Positions 22,927 to 32,659 of a stretch of DNA of 64,000 nucleotides are shown here, one piece after another (position 1 is the first letter of the stretch; the number at the start of each line of letters is the position of its first letter). The notes beneath the pieces were generated by a model. It was given only the letters and a program-made list of their open reading frames with translations. It was not told the DNA's origin and ran no database searches. Made by a program: the position numbers and the translations under genes. The stretch comes from Chloroflexota bacterium (GTDB lineage Bacteria; Chloroflexota; UBA6077; FW602-bin22; JAMCWG01). The stretch covers positions 33,377 through 97,376 of the forward strand of contig JAMCWG010000006.1 of NCBI GenBank assembly GCA_023475235.1, written 5' to 3'.

Positions 22927-25900
22927 CACTCCTACATTTGACCACATGGGAGCCGGAGCAGAGGAACCGGCTCAGCGACCCTACACGCCGATCGTCTACT
23001 GGCCGATCAACTACCGCCTGGCACGCCAGATACCCGAATCCTTCGCCCGAGCCCGGCGGTTGGTCCCGCTGGCGCGCCACGGGGATATGTTGAGTGTAGC
23101 CATGGCCGATCCTGACGATGCCGAGGCGCTGGCCGAGCTCCGCCGGATGATGCCACACGAAATCAGGCCCCTCCTGAGCAGCGAAGGCGAGATAGGGGTG
23201 CTGCTGGACCGCGTCTTTCGCCCTCAGGAGCCAGCCAACCTGTTGCCGGCGCTATCCCGTGTCCTGCTCGATACGGGTTTCTTGACCAGCCATCAGATCG
23301 CCACGCTGGAGAAGGAGAACGAGTCGCGCTGGCCGCCCAAGTCGGGCGATCAGTTGGGGATCGGTGGCCTTACCGAAGAGGACTATGCCGAAGCGCTCGC
23401 ATTTACCTTCAGTGTGCCCCACGTGCGCCTCGATAGCTATCGCATTAGCCCTGCATTCGCCGAGCTCTTGCCTCGTGAATTCGCCCAGCGGTGGCAGTTG
23501 GTCCCTATGTTTGCCATCGATGGGAAGCTGGTGGTGGCCAGCAAAGACCTGCTTCCCAACGATGTGCTGGCTACCGTCGCCAGGCTGACTGGCTTCGAGC
23601 CTCTCCCAGTGATCGGTACAGCATCGGCCGTGGCGCAGGCCATCGCGCGGGCTTATGGTCAGGTGCGCGGCAATTCCAAAGGAACCGAGAAGCCGTCCAA
23701 GCCGCTGTGGCAGCAGCTACTCGACAGCGGCTTCATCGAGGGTGCCCAAGTGGCCAGTGCGGAGACTATCGCGCGGCAGACGGGCGAATCGGTCGAGGGT
23801 GTGTTGTTACGGCTGGGCCAGGTCGGGGAAACCGAGATCCTCAAGGCCCGCGCCGAGCTGCATAACTCCCAACTGGTCCGGCTGGCCGATGTGCACATCG
23901 ATCGTTCCGTTGCAGCGATCGTCCCGGAACCCGTCGCCCGTCGCTACCGCTGTTTGGCGCTGCATCGAGCTGGGCCGAGGGTGCTCGTCGCCATGGCCGA
24001 TCTGGCTGACAGCAACACGAGGAATCTGCTGGAGGTCTTGTTCGCCCAACCCGTCCACGCTGTATTGTGTAGCGAGGCCGACCTGCAGTCGGCCTTCGAG
24101 ATGGTATACGGCGTATCCGACGGCGCACGGGGGTCGGTGAGGCCGATGCTGGGGGAATACCTGGTGCAGAGCGGCCGGCTGACCCCGAGTCAGGTAGCTA
24201 TGGGCTTGCAGCGCCAGCACCAAACGGGCCGGGTCTTTGGGAAATGCCTCATCGACCTTGGACTGCTGAGCGAGGCGGAGCTGGCCGAGGTGCAGGGGCT
24301 CCAGCTCCGGCTGCCGTGGGTGGACGTATCACGATATGTAGTGCCGGCCGAGACCTCCTTCCTCCTCCCGCAGGAGATCGCCCGCCAGTACGGCATTGCA
24401 CCGCTCTATCGAGAGGGTCGCCTGCTGACCGTGGCCACCAGCGATCCCCAGAACGAAGATACCCTGCAAGTGATTAGAGATCAAACGGGGCTGAATCTAC
24501 GGGTCGTGCTGGCCGGAGAGACCGAGATACAGGAGGCCATCGACCGCATCTATGGAACAGACCTCTCAGCCATCAGCCAGGAATTGCTCGAGCTTGGGGA
24601 ACAACTGACAAGGGCCGGGCTCCTGCGCCGAGATCAGATGGTCCAGGTCTGGCAACGGCAGCTCCAGGCGGAGATGCCCTTCGATACGGCGGTGACAACG
24701 CTCGGCTTCCTCTCCGAGGAACAACTGGCGAGCGCCATCGCTGTCTACTTGAAGGTACCGCAGGCGGACCTCCGCTACCGGAGGATCCCGGTGGAAATCA
24801 TCGACGGCCTGGGGGCGCGGCGCCAGGTCCTGCGATGGACGGAGCCGCTCGAAGTAGAGACTGCTCGCCTTCTGCCCGAACACGTTGCCCGGCGCTGCAG
24901 CGCCATCCCCGTGAGCCGCGCCGGCGACTCGATCACAGTGGCTTTCGTCAACCCCGTAGAGAGCGACACTGTTGCCACGGTACAACAGCAGCTCAGATGC
25001 CCAGTGTCGATAGTCATCGCCACCCGCGAGCAGCTAGCGGAGGCCATCCGGCGCGTCTACAATTGCCGGCTGCTGGGAGACATCCTCCTCGAAGCGGACG
25101 TCATCAACCGCCGGCAACTGGAGGAAGGGATGAAGCTGCACCGGCGCAGCGGCGTCCGTCTGGGGAAAGCGCTGATCAGCCTGGGATATCTCACGCAGGA
25201 CCAGTTGGTGGGCTGCCTTTCCGAGCAGCATAACTTCCCGTACTTCGACCTGCAGGGGGCGGACATCCCAGAAGACATCGCTCGCAGCGTCCCGGAGACC
25301 GTAGCGCGGAGCAACGAATTGATTCCCCTGTCACGCCGGGGCGATACCCTGACAGTGGCGATGGTCAATCCTTTGGATACGGTGGCCATCGAACAGATCG
25401 AGACGCTGACGGGCTGCCGGGTCGAGCCGGTGATAGCTACCGAGGAAGACATAGAAGATGCGCTGGAGCGGGTGTACAAGGGCGACTACCTGTGGCAGAG
25501 CGCCAATGATCTGGTGTTCCGGTATCCCGAAGAATCGGCCAGCAGAGTCCTCACCTCGCGTCAGAAGGTGCTTCTCCTGGGTTTCCTGGCCGTGTCGATT
25601 TTGCTGATGGCCCTCAAGCCGGTGTCGTATCTCACCGTGTTGATTTCCTTGAGCACACTGTTCTATGTCAGCTTCTCGAGCTACAAGTTCTATCTGATCT
25701 ACAAAGCCCTGTCGCACAGCCTGGAGATTCCCCTCCTGCCGGAGGAGATCGCCACCCTCGACGACCGTGACCTGCCGGTCTATACGGTGCTGGTGCCTGT
25801 GTATCGCGAGGCGGAGGTACTGCCCACCTTAATCCAGGCTATCGATAACATGGACTATCCCAAGACCAAGCTGGACGTGCAGATACTGCTCGAAGAGGAC

Positions 25901-26929
25901 GATAAGGAGACCATCGCCGCGGTCCGGCGACACCAGCTTCCGGCACACATCAAGCCGGTCGTCGTCCCCAACTCTCTGCCAAAGGGAAAGCCCAAGGCGT
26001 GTAACTACGGCCTGATCCATGCCCAGGGCGAGTACCTGGTTATCTACGACGCTGAGGACATACCAGAGCGAGACCAATTGAAGAAAGTGGTGGTGGCGTT
26101 CCGCAAAGCCCGCAGCAATGTTGAATGCATTCAAGCCAAGCTGAATTACTACAATCGAGACCAGAATCTGCTGACCCGCTGGTTCACCACCGAGTACTCG
26201 ATGTGGTTCGACCTGTTTATCCCCGGGCTGGACGCCAGCAACGCCCCGATTCCGCTGGGAGGCACATCCAACCATTTCCGCACCGCGCGCCTGCGGGAGC
26301 TGGGGGCATGGGACCCGTACAATGTCACCGAGGACGCCGACCTCGGCGTGCGCCTTTTCAAGCACGGCTGGAAGACGGCCGTCATCGACTCGACTACCTA
26401 CGAGGAGGCCAATAGCCAGTTGTACAATTGGCTCCGGCAGCGGTCCCGGTGGGTCAAAGGTTACATCCACACGTACCTGGTGCATATGCGGCACCCCTGG
26501 AAGCTGATGCGGGATATCGGCGTGTACCAGTTCTTCAGCTTCAACATGGTAGTTGGGGGCACCTTCTTCGGCTTCCTGCTGAACCCCGTCTACTGGCTGC
26601 TGACGGCCACGTGGTACATCACCCGGCTCAGCTTGATCGAGCAGATATTCCCGGCCCCGATCTATTACCTCGGCGCGCTCGGGCTTTATCTGGGCAATTT
26701 TGCTTTTATGTACACGAATGTGGCCGGTTGTATGCGCCGCCAGTACTACGATATGGTAAAGTACGCACTGTTGAGCCCGCTCTACTGGGCGCTGATGAGC
26801 ATGGGGGCCTGGAAGGGGTTCATCCAGCTCTTCTACCGTCCTTCCTATTGGGAAAAGACGGTCCATGGCCTGTACCGTGGTGAAGTGAAGGTAGGAGTCC
26901 AGGCAAGCGAAACGACGGAGACTCATTAA
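22916..26929 (+). CDS. processive family-2 glycosyltransferase (BcsA/NodC-like synthase) with six N-terminal T2SSE_N/MshEN-type modules
   Basis: About 880 aa contain six repeats of the GspE-N fold signature (each ending ...A..R.Y/F). Five are preceded by paired 24-aa MshEN-like helices, e.g. MLGEYLVQSGRLTPSQVAMGLQRQ-HQTGR-VFGKCLIDLGLLSEAELAEVQGLQ and RLGKALISLGYLTQDQLVGCLSEQ. These are followed by 2 TM helices, a GT2 core (DAED 26048-26059; QRSRW 26438-26452) and about 4 further TM helices. There is no PilZ domain. Confidence 0.85.
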   Translation: MISSTPTFDHMGAGAEEPAQRPYTPIVYWPINYRLARQIPESFARARRLVPLARHGDMLSVAMADPDDAEALAELRRMMPHEIRPLLSSEGEIGVLLDRVFRPQEPANLLPALSRVLLDTGFLTSHQIATLEKENESRWPPKSGDQLGIGGLTEEDYAEALAFTFSVPHVRLDSYRISPAFAELLPREFAQRWQLVPMFAIDGKLVVASKDLLPNDVLATVARLTGFEPLPVIGTASAVAQAIARAYGQVRGNSKGTEKPSKPLWQQLLDSGFIEGAQVASAETIARQTGESVEGVLLRLGQVGETEILKARAELHNSQLVRLADVHIDRSVAAIVPEPVARRYRCLALHRAGPRVLVAMADLADSNTRNLLEVLFAQPVHAVLCSEADLQSAFEMVYGVSDGARGSVRPMLGEYLVQSGRLTPSQVAMGLQRQHQTGRVFGKCLIDLGLLSEAELAEVQGLQLRLPWVDVSRYVVPAETSFLLPQEIARQYGIAPLYREGRLLTVATSDPQNEDTLQVIRDQTGLNLRVVLAGETEIQEAIDRIYGTDLSAISQELLELGEQLTRAGLLRRDQMVQVWQRQLQAEMPFDTAVTTLGFLSEEQLASAIAVYLKVPQADLRYRRIPVEIIDGLGARRQVLRWTEPLEVETARLLPEHVARRCSAIPVSRAGDSITVAFVNPVESDTVATVQQQLRCPVSIVIATREQLAEAIRRVYNCRLLGDILLEADVINRRQLEEGMKLHRRSGVRLGKALISLGYLTQDQLVGCLSEQHNFPYFDLQGADIPEDIARSVPETVARSNELIPLSRRGDTLTVAMVNPLDTVAIEQIETLTGCRVEPVIATEEDIEDALERVYKGDYLWQSANDLVFRYPEESASRVLTSRQKVLLLGFLAVSILLMALKPVSYLTVLISLSTLFYVSFSSYKFYLIYKALSHSLEIPLLPEEIATLDDRDLPVYTVLVPVYREAEVLPTLIQAIDNMDYPKTKLDVQILLEEDDKETIAAVRRHQLPAHIKPVVVPNSLPKGKPKACNYGLIHAQGEYLVIYDAEDIPERDQLKKVVVAFRKARSNVECIQAKLNYYNRDQNLLTRWFTTEYSMWFDLFIPGLDASNAPIPLGGTSNHFRTARLRELGAWDPYNVTEDADLGVRLFKHGWKTAVIDSTTYEEANSQLYNWLRQRSRWVKGYIHTYLVHMRHPWKLMRDIGVYQFFSFNMVVGGTFFGFLLNPVYWLLTATWYITRLSLIEQIFPAPIYYLGALGLYLGNFAFMYTNVAGCMRRQYYDMVKYALLSPLYWALMSMGAWKGFIQLFYRPSYWEKTVHGLYRGEVKVGVQASETTETH

Positions 26930-26938
26930 GGCAGGCAA

Positions 26939-28642
26939 TTGCGCACGCTGGAAATAGCTGACAGGCCAGTGGCTCTATCTCAGGAAGCACCACGGGGAGC
27001 GGACGCCGAGCCGTCGTTGCGCGCTCAGGTGCTGCTGTTCGCGGTGACATTCCTCGTGCTGGCCGCAGTCGCCGCTGGACTGACCTTCCACTACCGCCTC
27101 TACGACGGCGATGCCCTGTCGCGGACCTATAACGCGGTGGCGGTGCTATACGACGCGCACCCGCGCCTGGCCAATCTCGGCTTCGCCTGGGCGCCGCTGC
27201 CCGGGCTCCTGCAGGTGCCGCTGGTGCTGTTCCGTCCGCTGGCGACCGCGGGCTTTGCCGGCACGCTGGTGACGGCTTTTGCCAGCGCCTTGGGCCTGGT
27301 GCTGATGGATCGAATTCTGGCCTGGTACGTGCCATCGAGTCTGGCGCGATGGCTGCTTCTACTCGCCTATCAGACCAATGTTATGATCCTGTACTACTCG
27401 ATCAACGGAATGAGCGAGGCTATTCTGATTACGCTGGCCCTGCTCTGCTGGTACGAGTTTCAACGACTGTACGAGGATTTGCCGCTGCGGAAGGGTGTCT
27501 CGCACGTGACCGTTATGGGTGCGGCCGCTGGGCTGACCTTTCTCACCCGCTTCGATGGGGCCTCCTTTGGATCGGCAATGCTTGTGGCACTGCTGTTAGT
27601 CCTGAAGCTCGGGAGGCGAGGCCAAACGCATCCAGGGGGAGCCCCGACCGAGCGACCAGCGCCGAGCGAGAGCGTCAGGGCAGTCGCGGGTGGCTATTCT
27701 ATCGCCTACGTGGCGCCCTTCGCCTATACGATCATTCTGTGGCTATTCTTCAACTGGCAAATCATGGGGAATCCGTTCGAGTTCATGTTTGGCAAGGGCT
27801 CGAACGTCCAGTGGCTGTCGGCGAGCATGCAATCCAGTGACCTGCTCTACGGGATGAAGGGCAACATCGTTGCCTCGGCCGCCTACGCAGCCAAAGTCTC
27901 AGGCCTACTGTTCCCCAGCTTCTATCTGGCACTGGCCCTTTTGGCCCTCGTGGCCCTTAGAGAAGCCGATGCGATGGCCCTCTGTATGGGTCTGGTGGCG
28001 GCGTCTTTCCCGGCATTCCAGGCTGGAATGCATTTCCTCGGCCAGAGCGCCGGCTGGGCGCGCTTCTATATGTATGTCATTCCATTCTCGATAATCGCCC
28101 TGGCTTATGCTGTGCACAGAATAACAGGCAATTATCGTGCTGGTGCTCGCTTGTGGCAGGCTACCCTGGTCATCGTGGTGGCAGCCTCATCGGTGTTCAC
28201 TTTTCTTGGCGTGACCCGGTCTGACATACCGAAGTCCAACGAGCTAGCTTTCGCCAGGATCATTGCGTCGAACGAGATAGCAGATAACCTAGCCTTCGAG
28301 AGGCGCGTTGCGGAAGCCCTGACACAGCTCCCGCAAGGAAAGACAATTCTGGCGGATGAGCTCCAGGCCGACCACATCATCCTATTTACGCTGCAGTTCG
28401 AGCGCTTCGTGACCAGCCGAGACCCTAATTTCTCTGGCATTGCCGCCGATCCCGTTGGCAAAACGGACTACATACTGGTGCCCCGCACCGACGAGGCGTT
28501 GAACGAGATCGTTAGACAGCAGCCAAACATATTCACCGACCCGGCTCCTTTTCTCCGGCTTGAGCAGGAGTTCGATGGTAGGCCATCCAACTACGAGTGG
28601 AGGCTGTACAGGGTTGTCGATCCCAAGGATACTTCCAGCTAA
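26939..28642 (+). CDS. polytopic GT-C-like (ArnT/PMT-like) membrane protein, paralog 1
   Basis: 567 aa with about 11-13 TM helices. The first loop carries an Asp motif (YDGDALSR). The soluble C-terminal ~130 aa end in ...DYILVPRTDE...EWRLYRVV. It is a paralog of the next ORF. Confidence 0.6.
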   Translation: MRTLEIADRPVALSQEAPRGADAEPSLRAQVLLFAVTFLVLAAVAAGLTFHYRLYDGDALSRTYNAVAVLYDAHPRLANLGFAWAPLPGLLQVPLVLFRPLATAGFAGTLVTAFASALGLVLMDRILAWYVPSSLARWLLLLAYQTNVMILYYSINGMSEAILITLALLCWYEFQRLYEDLPLRKGVSHVTVMGAAAGLTFLTRFDGASFGSAMLVALLLVLKLGRRGQTHPGGAPTERPAPSESVRAVAGGYSIAYVAPFAYTIILWLFFNWQIMGNPFEFMFGKGSNVQWLSASMQSSDLLYGMKGNIVASAAYAAKVSGLLFPSFYLALALLALVALREADAMALCMGLVAASFPAFQAGMHFLGQSAGWARFYMYVIPFSIIALAYAVHRITGNYRAGARLWQATLVIVVAASSVFTFLGVTRSDIPKSNELAFARIIASNEIADNLAFERRVAEALTQLPQGKTILADELQADHIILFTLQFERFVTSRDPNFSGIAADPVGKTDYILVPRTDEALNEIVRQQPNIFTDPAPFLRLEQEFDGRPSNYEWRLYRVVDPKDTSS

Positions 28643-28672
28643 GGTGAGGGCTTGCTTGAACGAGGAGAGCAC

Positions 28673-30373
28673 ATGGCGTCGAGCCTGACCTTACCGGCGG
28701 GGCCCGTTGTCGCTTCGACACCGAAGGCATCGGTGGGAGCTGTCTCGCGACAGGAGCCCTGGATCATCTTCGGGGCCAGCTTCCTGGTGTACGCCTTCAT
28801 CGGCTGGGTCGCTGCATATGTCATCCAGACCTACAACTGGGACGGCGTCACGCGCATCGCGCAAGCCCACGGCGTCTTCTTCAGCAGACAGCCTCATCTT
28901 TCCGCCATAGGATTTGTCTGGATGCCGCTGCCGGTGCTGACCGACCTTCCGCTGGTCTTGTTGCTCAAGCCACTCGGGCTGGTGTTGCTGGCCGGGCCGG
29001 TAATGAGTGCCTTGTATGGTGCTCTTGCCTTGACCCAGCTTTCCGAGCTGCTGCGGCGCTTAGAGGTGCCCGCGTTCTGGCGGTGGACCTGGGTAGCTGG
29101 CTTTGCAGCGCATCCACTCATCGTTCAGAACGCGGCTATGGGCCTCTCGGAAGCACCGTTTCTGGCATTTCTGTTGATGTCGATCAACGGTTTCGCCAGA
29201 TGGGACCGAGACCGCGAGCCTGGCGGACTGGTGTGGGCAGCAGTCGGTTCGGCGCTGGCCCTGTACTGCCGTTACGAAGCGCTGGCTTTGGCCGGGGCAA
29301 TGACGCTGGCCATCGTCTGGCGGCTGAGGCTCGATTCGGTCAGCATCTGGCGTAGGACGACAGGCGGAAGCGTTCTGGCGTTCATTACCCCTTCCATTTG
29401 GGCTTTGATCCTGTGGATTCTCGTGAACTGGGACATAATGCATAACCCGATATACTTTCTGGTAGGCCCTGGCTCAACTTCGACCACTCCCGACACAGCG
29501 CAAGCGGTAGGACCGAGCCACCCGTTTGCCTTCGCACAGGGCTCTGTGGAGGGCTCGCTTCGCCTCTTGCTCACGCAGATTGTCGACCTCGCACCGTTGG
29601 TGTTGCCAGCTAGCGCGCTCCTCGTCATCTGCGGGATATGGCGACGTCGCCTGGCCGATTTTGCATTTCTGGCGCTGGGCTGGTCGATTCTGGGCTTCGT
29701 TTTCCTCATCGCCCTCCGTGGACTCCTGCCGCCGTTTACGCGCTATTTTTTCTGGGTGGTACCGGCGGGCATAGTCATCGCGGGAGCAGCCTATCGAGCG
29801 ATCGCGCCCGGCTGGCCTCGGCATTGTGTGGCTTTTTGTACAGCGCTACTGCTGATCTTGGCATCCGTGTCGCTGTCGCTACAATCGTGGGCCCGGCTGG
29901 CAGACCCATTTCCACAACGTGTGGCAGGCGCTTTGCTCCTGCCACGGGAGGCGCTCTATCCGGAGCAGCTACGGGGCATGCTGGACGAGTTCAAAGAAGT
30001 GGCCAAGTACCTGAACAACGAGACGCCGGAGACACTGATCTTGTCGGACGCGGCCATTGCCTCTCCACTGGTATTTTTCTTGGATCGGCCAAACGAAATG
30101 GTGCTGACCACCGACACGGATTTCCTGCCCATTCTGCGCGATCCTGTCGGCCAGGTGGACCAGATCCTGGTGCCGTACCCGTCTTTCGATGCGAAGGGCC
30201 GCTCGGATATCCTGAAGCAGTATCCCGATTTGTACGATGGCGGCAAGCCCTGGGCGCAGCTTGTCCACGAGTTTCCCGGCCCCAGCGCCTGGCGCCTGTA
30301 CCAGGTGCAGAGGCCGGATACCGACGACTACGATGATCTCGACGATGTGGAGAATTATGCCGGCCGGCCCTAA
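28673..30373 (+). CDS. polytopic GT-C-like (ArnT/PMT-like) membrane protein, paralog 2
   Basis: GAGGAGAG lies upstream of ATG 28673. The layout matches the previous ORF (first-loop YNWDGVTR; C-terminal ...DQILVPYPSFD...AWRLYQV). The tail is acidic. Confidence 0.6.
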   Translation: MASSLTLPAGPVVASTPKASVGAVSRQEPWIIFGASFLVYAFIGWVAAYVIQTYNWDGVTRIAQAHGVFFSRQPHLSAIGFVWMPLPVLTDLPLVLLLKPLGLVLLAGPVMSALYGALALTQLSELLRRLEVPAFWRWTWVAGFAAHPLIVQNAAMGLSEAPFLAFLLMSINGFARWDRDREPGGLVWAAVGSALALYCRYEALALAGAMTLAIVWRLRLDSVSIWRRTTGGSVLAFITPSIWALILWILVNWDIMHNPIYFLVGPGSTSTTPDTAQAVGPSHPFAFAQGSVEGSLRLLLTQIVDLAPLVLPASALLVICGIWRRRLADFAFLALGWSILGFVFLIALRGLLPPFTRYFFWVVPAGIVIAGAAYRAIAPGWPRHCVAFCTALLLILASVSLSLQSWARLADPFPQRVAGALLLPREALYPEQLRGMLDEFKEVAKYLNNETPETLILSDAAIASPLVFFLDRPNEMVLTTDTDFLPILRDPVGQVDQILVPYPSFDAKGRSDILKQYPDLYDGGKPWAQLVHEFPGPSAWRLYQVQRPDTDDYDDLDDVENYAGRP

Positions 30374-30496
30374 GGGTACCGATCGAATACGATCCACACT
30401 AGCATGGCACGAACGGGAGGTGAACCCTTGGTACGCAGGTGCTTGAGGTGGCCGATGATACTGGTCGAATCGCACTGTGCGGCGCTCAACAGGATA

Positions 30497-32629
30497 ATGC
30501 TGGCGCTGCTGACAATAATCGGCTTGTTGCTCAATGTGTCCGCTGCCCTGGCTGATCGAGGGGCTCCCGAGCCCGACATCAGTCTGAAGCAGCTCAAGAT
30601 GGGGAACATCACCGTTCAGGGATATCAGCCTACTATGAGCCTCTGGTTCCCGGGATACGGCGACTACCAGGTGACCGATGGCAACTACCTGCATCTGGAG
30701 TACAGCCGCTCGGAGCTTATCAACCCCAAGTTCTCGTCGGTCACTGTGTATCTGAACGGTTTGCCTCTGGCCAGCACGCTGCTGACGGAGCAGACCGCCA
30801 AGCGGACTACCTGGGAAATCGCCCTGCCCAGGGACAAGCTGAACCGTGACCTCAACCTCGTCGAGCTTAAGTACAATATGTTCATCTATGAAGGGAACTG
30901 CGGTGCGGAGGGGGACGGGCCCAAGTATAGCACCGTCTACGAGGAATCCTTTATCCATTATCAGTACGCATCGCCGCTCAAGTTCATTCCCTTCCGCCAG
31001 CCTGATCTGGGCCGCTTCCCGGAGCCGTTCATACGGCCGACTCTCCCGGATGGAGAGGTCGCCATCATCCTGCCAGACAACCCCTCGTCCGGCGATTACA
31101 GCGCGGCGGCCAGCGTTGCGGCGCGGTTCGGTCAGGTTGCCGGCGGCAAGCCCTTCACCGCGACCTTACACTTTGCCGGCGAGGCGCCAGGGCTGCGCAG
31201 CGCTGGCGATCTGGTGGTCGTCGGCACGCCGGACGCCAATCCCTTCCTCGAAGAGCTAACGCCGTCGCTGCCCCTCAAGTACAAGCGCCAGGACGGCCAG
31301 GCCGTGTACATCGACCCCGCCGGGCAGCCTATCGCCCCGGACACGGGTGTGATTCAGGTGATGAAGTCCCCCTGGGACGAGCGATTCGCTGTCCTGGTGG
31401 TCAGCGGGGGAAACGAGGAGGGCTTGAGCCGGGCGATGCGCGCCCTCAGCAGTCGCTTGGGAGTGAAGGCGATGCAGGGTCCGTACGCGACGATAACCAG
31501 GGCCTCCGAGGAGCTGACGAAGGCCGCGAAGCCCGAGGGCGGCGACGGGGGCGCCATCGAGATCAGCTTGCAGCAGCTCGGGCTCAGCGATTCGGTCTTC
31601 GACGGTGCCGGCTCGCACGCGACCGGATTCTCTTTCGATGTGCCTCCCCTCGACCGCACGCAGGAGGCCTACTTCGAGCTGGATATGAGCTATTCTCCGA
31701 TACTCAGCCCCTGGGTATCCTCAGTCAGATTTTCGGTAAATGGGGTCCCGGTGTGGACCCGGCTGCTTGATGAAGAACATAGCAATCGGTCAAAGCATCG
31801 CATTCTGGTGCCTACGACAGCTTTGCGGCCTGGTGTCAACTCAGCCAAGGTGCAGTTCGACCTTTACACCCGCTACGTTCCGGAATGCTCGCCCCTGGCG
31901 CTCGAGCGGGCCTGGGCCGTGCTCCACGCCGATTCGGCGTTCAGCATACCCGTCGGCACGGCACGGCCGCCACTGGATTTGCTAAACTTACCGTACCCGT
32001 TTGTGCGTGACGGCACGCCTTCGGGCACATATCTGGTGTTGCCCGACGACCGTTCGCTGTTGCGGGACAGCCTGCAGGTGGCGGTGGCCCTGGGCCGGCA
32101 GTCGCTCGGCGCCAGCACCGAGCTGAAGGCTGGCGTAGCTTCCCAGATAAGCGACGAAGCCAAGCGCAGCTACGACCTGATCGGGTACGGCCTGCCCGAG
32201 AGCAACACGCTCATCGCGGAGGCCCAGTCAAAGCTGCCGTTGTCGCAGGAGGGGCGCACAGAGCGGCTGCTCCAGAAGCCCCAGAGCGTGCTGGTAGGGG
32301 TACAGGACCAGGCCGAGCTGGGCTTCATCCAGCTAGTCCCGTCGCCCTGGAATGACGATAAGGGGCTGCTGGTGGTCTCCGGCACGTCGCCGGATCTGGC
32401 GCGGCAAGCGGGTCAGGCGCTGCAGAGCGCGCTTCCCTCAGGCAACGTGGCCGTTGTCGGCGGCGCTCCCAGCAGGGTGGCTGGAATGAAGATTAGTGGT
32501 GAGGCCGAACGCCCTGCTGCCCGTGTCCCGACATACCGCAGGGTGTACTCGGCGGCGGGTATTCCGGTAGCCATCGTTGTCCTGGGCCTGGTAGGGCTGA
32601 TGCTATACCGTGCCGAACGGCAGGACTGA
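30497..32629 (+). CDS. BcsB-like periplasmic synthase subunit with C-terminal TM anchor
   Basis: Signal peptide from ATG 30497. An internal two-fold repeat has the BcsB-type pattern (ISLKQLKMGN...LHLEYSRSELINPKFSSVTVYLNGLPLAS and IEISLQQLGLSD...FELDMSYSPILSPWVSSVRFSVNGVPVWT). The C-terminal helix is AAGIPVAIVVLGLVGLMLY. Confidence 0.65.
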   Translation: MLALLTIIGLLLNVSAALADRGAPEPDISLKQLKMGNITVQGYQPTMSLWFPGYGDYQVTDGNYLHLEYSRSELINPKFSSVTVYLNGLPLASTLLTEQTAKRTTWEIALPRDKLNRDLNLVELKYNMFIYEGNCGAEGDGPKYSTVYEESFIHYQYASPLKFIPFRQPDLGRFPEPFIRPTLPDGEVAIILPDNPSSGDYSAAASVAARFGQVAGGKPFTATLHFAGEAPGLRSAGDLVVVGTPDANPFLEELTPSLPLKYKRQDGQAVYIDPAGQPIAPDTGVIQVMKSPWDERFAVLVVSGGNEEGLSRAMRALSSRLGVKAMQGPYATITRASEELTKAAKPEGGDGGAIEISLQQLGLSDSVFDGAGSHATGFSFDVPPLDRTQEAYFELDMSYSPILSPWVSSVRFSVNGVPVWTRLLDEEHSNRSKHRILVPTTALRPGVNSAKVQFDLYTRYVPECSPLALERAWAVLHADSAFSIPVGTARPPLDLLNLPYPFVRDGTPSGTYLVLPDDRSLLRDSLQVAVALGRQSLGASTELKAGVASQISDEAKRSYDLIGYGLPESNTLIAEAQSKLPLSQEGRTERLLQKPQSVLVGVQDQAELGFIQLVPSPWNDDKGLLVVSGTSPDLARQAGQALQSALPSGNVAVVGGAPSRVAGMKISGEAERPAARVPTYRRVYSAAGIPVAIVVLGLVGLMLYRAERQD

Positions 32630-32659
32630 GCTGCTTCCCAAGATTGCTTCTATCGATAA

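Noticed and set aside
25829-26938. 369-aa minus-strand ORF, with similar shadow ORFs at 29969-30958, 34164-35390, 38170-39087 and (plus strand) 48277-49410
   Set aside because: All are antisense to genes with strong family motifs (GT2, GT-C, OYE, DUF2723, MFS) and show the low-complexity Arg/Gly/Pro/His bias of high-GC shadow frames.
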